DNA of 64,000 nucleotides, from positions 615,511 to 679,510 of the forward strand of contig NMRA01000092.1 of the NCBI GenBank assembly GCA_002633005.1, in the 5' to 3' direction. Numbering within the stretch: position 1 is the first letter of the stretch; every line of letters starts with the position of its first letter. Source of the stretch: Phoronis australis (lineage: Eukaryota; Animalia; Phoronida). Positions 61,401 to 64,000 of this stretch are shown here, piece after piece. Below the pieces are notes generated by a model. That model did not search any database, was not told where the DNA came from, and saw nothing but the letters and a program-made list of their open reading frames with translations. The position numbers and the translations under genes are program-made.

Positions 61401-62946
61401 GAATTTTTATCCTGCTACTCTGGAGTGATGTCAGCACCTAATTCCAAAGACAGCAGGCAGGATGCTTTTGTGAACGCTCCTTTTAAGTGTCTGATCTGCC
61501 TTCTAATCAAACACCCTATAAATATTCACATCCGAAGTTGGTGCAACTGTTTAAAATTGATGTGTAAATACCATTGTGCAGAAAAAAATCATAAATGAGC
61601 ACTGGCCCAAGCCGCACTACACATGACGTACACAGTACTACGCAGTGACAAATGCTAAACAGTAAGACTCACCTTGAAAGTTCCACACTTGCACGTCACT
61701 CACGCTCTCGTGTACGAAATAAACGGCACCTAAAGCCTGCGAACAGTGGGGAAAGGTTTTACAGTAGAATCTCACCAATTCAGGACACAACATTTCAAAT
61801 AAGTGAAATTTCATTTTCTCATTTTTACATAAAAACAAGTAGGACCACGTTGATGTTTTTTCAACTTCAAGTTCACTACCACGACAACAGTAATTCTTCA
61901 CTTATTTAGCATACAATATGGCGGACAAGTGAAATTTTGCTTTGTCAACTTTCGCAAAAGGAATGGATGTTACGGAACTTTCATCGAGTTAGCTTAGTTT
62001 GTAGCGTGCACACATAAAACAACATTTGGTGAAGTTTCTATAATTTGCAATAAAATGATTGGCCTTTGAAAAAATGGAAAAATTACAATTCTGACCATTA
62101 TTTTTGTGCAAAATAAGTGGAAAACAAATGATCCAATAGATTTCCATCCTCACTTGGTGAGATTTAATGGTACTACATAACACTTCTATGTTTACATAAT
62201 GAGCTCATCAAGATAATTGCATCAAACTATTTAGATAAGGTTAAACAAACTTGTTGGCAGTGAAGTACTACAAATTTACACAGAGGGCAAAGAATGAGAA
62301 TGCCAGAAAGGAATTTATATTCAGATTGACACAAAGATTAAACTTAGATGTTGAAATGTTTGACTGAAACCTTGCATCTATTTGTAAAACTTCAGCATTT
62401 CCATCTAAAACGTCTACAAAAAGTCTTAGCAATCAGGCAAACACAGGTAATTTATGGTGGGGAAACGTACTAGTAACATACTGCACTAGCACAACAACTG
62501 AACGGGTTGAGGGAAGTGTAAGCTTCCGTCAGAACACTACTCAGCAAGAACTTAATATTTCTTTCACGGAATGCGGCTTTTATTTTTGAGCCACCTTCAA
62601 TATCGACTTTACAACTTCGATAAAATTCATAAAATGTGCGAGTTAAAAATGATTTCATAATGTACAGGTTAAATATGATTCCACCACGATGTTCATAGGC
62701 TTTTAAAATTTTCTTTAATCATCTCAACGTATACACCACATAAAACTGGCCACGTGTGTTCAGATTGGAAGTAACAGTGAATCACGACTGAAAAAATCTT
62801 TTTCCAAAGCATGCCAGAAGTCCAACATGAAAATCTAGTAATTTGATGTCCCACTTACAGTAAATTTAGCCTCAACAGTGAAGTCTTCATCTAAGAAGAC
62901 CCTGCCACGATCATATGACTCCAATTCTTTGCCAGCAAGAAGCCGT
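48720..62946 (-). CDS. INPP5A: Type I inositol 1,4,5-trisphosphate 5-phosphatase, 5'-partial; complement(join(48720..49448,49900..49965,52526..52637,54450..54523,55625..55789,56495..56579,57413..57532,58330..58382,60478..60581,61673..61736,62859..62946))
   Basis: Eleven GT-AG exons splice in frame. Diagnostic motifs CRWSRKGFLRTRW, FDLINIHLFHDASNL, FGDFNFRLD, YPFSED, RCPAWCDRIL, CMGDHKPVYL and terminal CaaX (CAIL*). The N-terminal exons were not found and presumably lie beyond 64000. Confidence 0.95.
49900..49965 (-). CDS. INPP5A: INPP5A exon EFPYSKPVYHIIGHKTCMGDHK
   Basis: ttttcag| acceptor, AAG|gtaact donor; CMGDHK motif. Confidence 0.93.
50520..51283 (+). mobile_element. Penelope-like pLTR copy split by a MITE; degenerate hammerhead at ~51177-51225
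   Basis: 50520-50665 and 51145-51283 are the reverse complement of 24305-24575. Confidence 0.8.
50666..51144. mobile_element. hAT MITE
   Basis: TIR caggcctttat(g/c)cag; 8-bp TSD gcccaact/gcccagct; ggacgccc subrepeats. Confidence 0.85.
52526..52637 (-). CDS. INPP5A: INPP5A exon YPFSEDINDGVHYNYSRCPAWCDRILLTHAAKELIAQ (catalytic motif 2)
   Basis: ttgtag| acceptor, CAG|gtgagg donor; PAWCDRIL motif. Confidence 0.95.
53357..53607 (-). mobile_element. 3' terminus (ICR plus right ITR) of a DIRS1-like retrotransposon, cut at an N
   Basis: Perfect 83-bp inverted arms 53360-53442 and 53525-53607 containing aaaatta...ggtaag...taatt; spacer contains cccaccc and gcgcatg. Confidence 0.6.
54450..54523 (-). 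CDS. INPP5A: INPP5A exon VLMYDTELKPFLSRVHEYEVGFPP
   Basis: tttcag| acceptor, |gtaagt donor; FPP(T)YP motif spans the junction. Confidence 0.93.
54860..55129. repeat. Dispersed ~250-bp repeat ending in an 84-bp hairpin; copies at ~40030-40233 and ~63490-63708
   Basis: Shared aaagtaatca...acagctaa...actgg block; arms gaattctccttcat / atgaaggagaattc at 55046-55129. Confidence 0.7.
55625..55789 (-). CDS. INPP5A: INPP5A exon NFGEMLNKE...VEKKLFQHHRHSDLFFNENGKD
   Basis: taacag| acceptor, |gtgagt donor, 165 nt, phase 0-0; EKKLF and NG conserved. Confidence 0.9.
56193..56510. repeat. 32-bp minisatellite spanning an INPP5A exon/intron boundary
   Basis: Unit acatacctttac(t/c)aatgcatatatgtgtaaa(c/t); 9 copies of tacctt at exactly 32-bp spacing (56236 to 56492). 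Confidence 0.97.
56495..56579 (-). CDS. INPP5A: INPP5A exon FETDDIEKLPAFLFGDFNFRLDTYALVK (catalytic motif 1)
   Basis: ttctcag| acceptor, AAG|gtatgt donor; GDFNFRL motif. Confidence 0.95.
57413..57532 (-). CDS. INPP5A: INPP5A exon KFDLINIHLFHDASNLTALERSPSTYSEFRNRAFDYALN
   Basis: tttcag| acceptor, |gtacat donor; NIHLFHDASNL signature. Confidence 0.95.
58330..58382 (-). CDS. INPP5A: INPP5A exon CRWSRKGFLRTRWWLYN
   Basis: ttacag| acceptor, |gtaagt donor; family signature WSRKGFxRTRW. Confidence 0.95.
58680..59140. repeat. Abundant dispersed MITE-like family (other copies near 38.95, 50.2, 51.3, 53.8 and 59.65 kb)
   Basis: Shared aaattctacaggct...ctttc and tca(c/t)gtgacc blocks; this copy ends ctttaa. 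Confidence 0.6.
60478..60581 (-). CDS. INPP5A: INPP5A exon KAWEVLEGKEVVSGSIESVPIKEKIKFPVHMFPD
   Basis: ttgcag| acceptor, |gtaagt donor; resembles GKEIYS...EKEKFPQDYFPE. Confidence 0.92.
61673..61736 (-). CDS. INPP5A: INPP5A exon ALGAVYFVHESVSDVQVWNFQ
   Basis: cgcag| acceptor, |gtgagt donor; resembles ALGSFYFLHES. Confidence 0.92.
61770..62120. repeat. Dispersed repeat family (copies at ~52020-52300 and ~55835-55995)
   Basis: Shared accaatt(c/t)aggacac...gaaatttt(a/c)ttttctcattttt and ttttgtgcaaaataagtg blocks. Confidence 0.6.
62859..62946 (-). CDS. INPP5A: INPP5A exon RLLAGKELESYDRGRVFLDEDFTVEAKFT
   Basis: ttacag| acceptor, |gtaagt donor; resembles human YNRARVYLDENYKSQEHFT. Confidence 0.92.
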
Positions 62947-64000
62947 CTGTAAAGAAGATTCATTGAAAGGTGCACTTCTGGACTATCACCAGTTAAAATG
63001 AAACACCAACAGTAAGTTTTGTCAGTTCAGTGCAAACTACGGAGGAACAGTGGTGTTTTATTTCATCAAAAATTTCAACAAATGAAGAAAAACTTTTTTA
63101 ATTCATTACTTGCTCATATTTATATAGTAAAATAATCAACAACGGACTCATAAAGATATTTTGAGAATTTTTAACAACTGAATGCAGAGATTAAAAAAAA
63201 TGGATAAATCACAATTTCGGCAATTAGTTTTGGTCAAATACAATTGCCATGACAGCATTAGTCTCAACATTCAGCAGAAATGGACAGACAATCTACAACT
63301 GAACTGAAATGCTTAAATTTCCCCGTCATTTTTTTTCATTCACATATAATACTGTGGATCTTCCCCATGCTAATTGGACACGCGTTATGATTATGGAAAA
63401 TGTTGTCATGGCTTTTGTAGGGCAAATGACCCAGTTTATCGTTTGGCTCTTCAGCTAGACAGCAGGTTTCAGCTACTTATACAGTGCAAGACAAAAGTAA
63501 TCAGATCAAATACCACTTTCAAATCACGACAGCTAAGTCTGTTCACAGTACAAATGACTGGTACTAACTGTTAGGGTAGCAAACTTCTAATTACAGAGTG
63601 GCTTAACCACGTTTAAAAACTGACTTTCCTGATAATTCTCCTTCATTCTCGGGGAAGAATACTCTGACGATAAATTCAGCTTCTCCCCGGCCGTCATGAT
63701 GGGGAATTTCGGGTCATTTTGTCCAAATGCTTTTGGCTACTACTGTAAATGGTGTTTGACATTTTATATTGATGACACCACTTATAGTGCCCATGAACTC
63801 CTACAGTAAAGTCCACTGAGCAGGTCAACAACAGTCTAAGCCTGTTATCAAGAAAATTTGAAGTTATTACTCCAGTTACATTGCATCTACTGGCATTTAA
63901 CTTCCTTGTAATAATAATCAATTTCCAGTAATACACAACACCACTGAAATAGTATAGCTGTAGATATAGTAAGAAATGGGTGGAGTTTATTTACATACTT

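Noticed and set aside
63694-63936. Candidate upstream INPP5A exon
   Set aside because: No HCQExGGK or TANVGS motif found in any minus-strand frame I checked.

Overview
AT-rich, intron-rich, repeat-dense eukaryotic DNA, probably from a marine invertebrate (inferred from gene content and repeat types). Two spliced genes converge tail-to-tail and both are incomplete at the 5' end. (1) + strand: the last five coding exons (34076-39620) of an alpha/epsilon-sarcoglycan, including the TM segment, a 27-nt microexon and a cytoplasmic tail with two PPxY motifs. (2) - strand: 11 coding exons (62946 down to 48720) of a type I inositol 1,4,5-trisphosphate 5-phosphatase (INPP5A), with intact GDFNFRL, PAWCDRIL and GDHKPV motifs and a long C-terminal extension ending in CaaX. 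A probable alternative last exon (43831-43997) ends in the PDZ ligand ETGV. Bases 1-34075 contain no convincing host exon and are filled with Helitron/Helentron-type elements, MITEs (hAT, Harbinger, Tc1/mariner), Penelope-like fragments carrying minimal hammerhead ribozymes, and decayed Crypton-like and SWIM/YqaJ-like remnants. Best leads: a 32-bp minisatellite that repeats an INPP5A splice donor nine times behind an in-frame stop; a possible CaaX-versus-PDZ tail switch with a calmodulin-like motif; a phased array of CTCF-like motifs inside a Helentron-type element; intact hammerhead cores; and a DIRS-like terminus cut off by an N. All calls were made by eye, without database searches.
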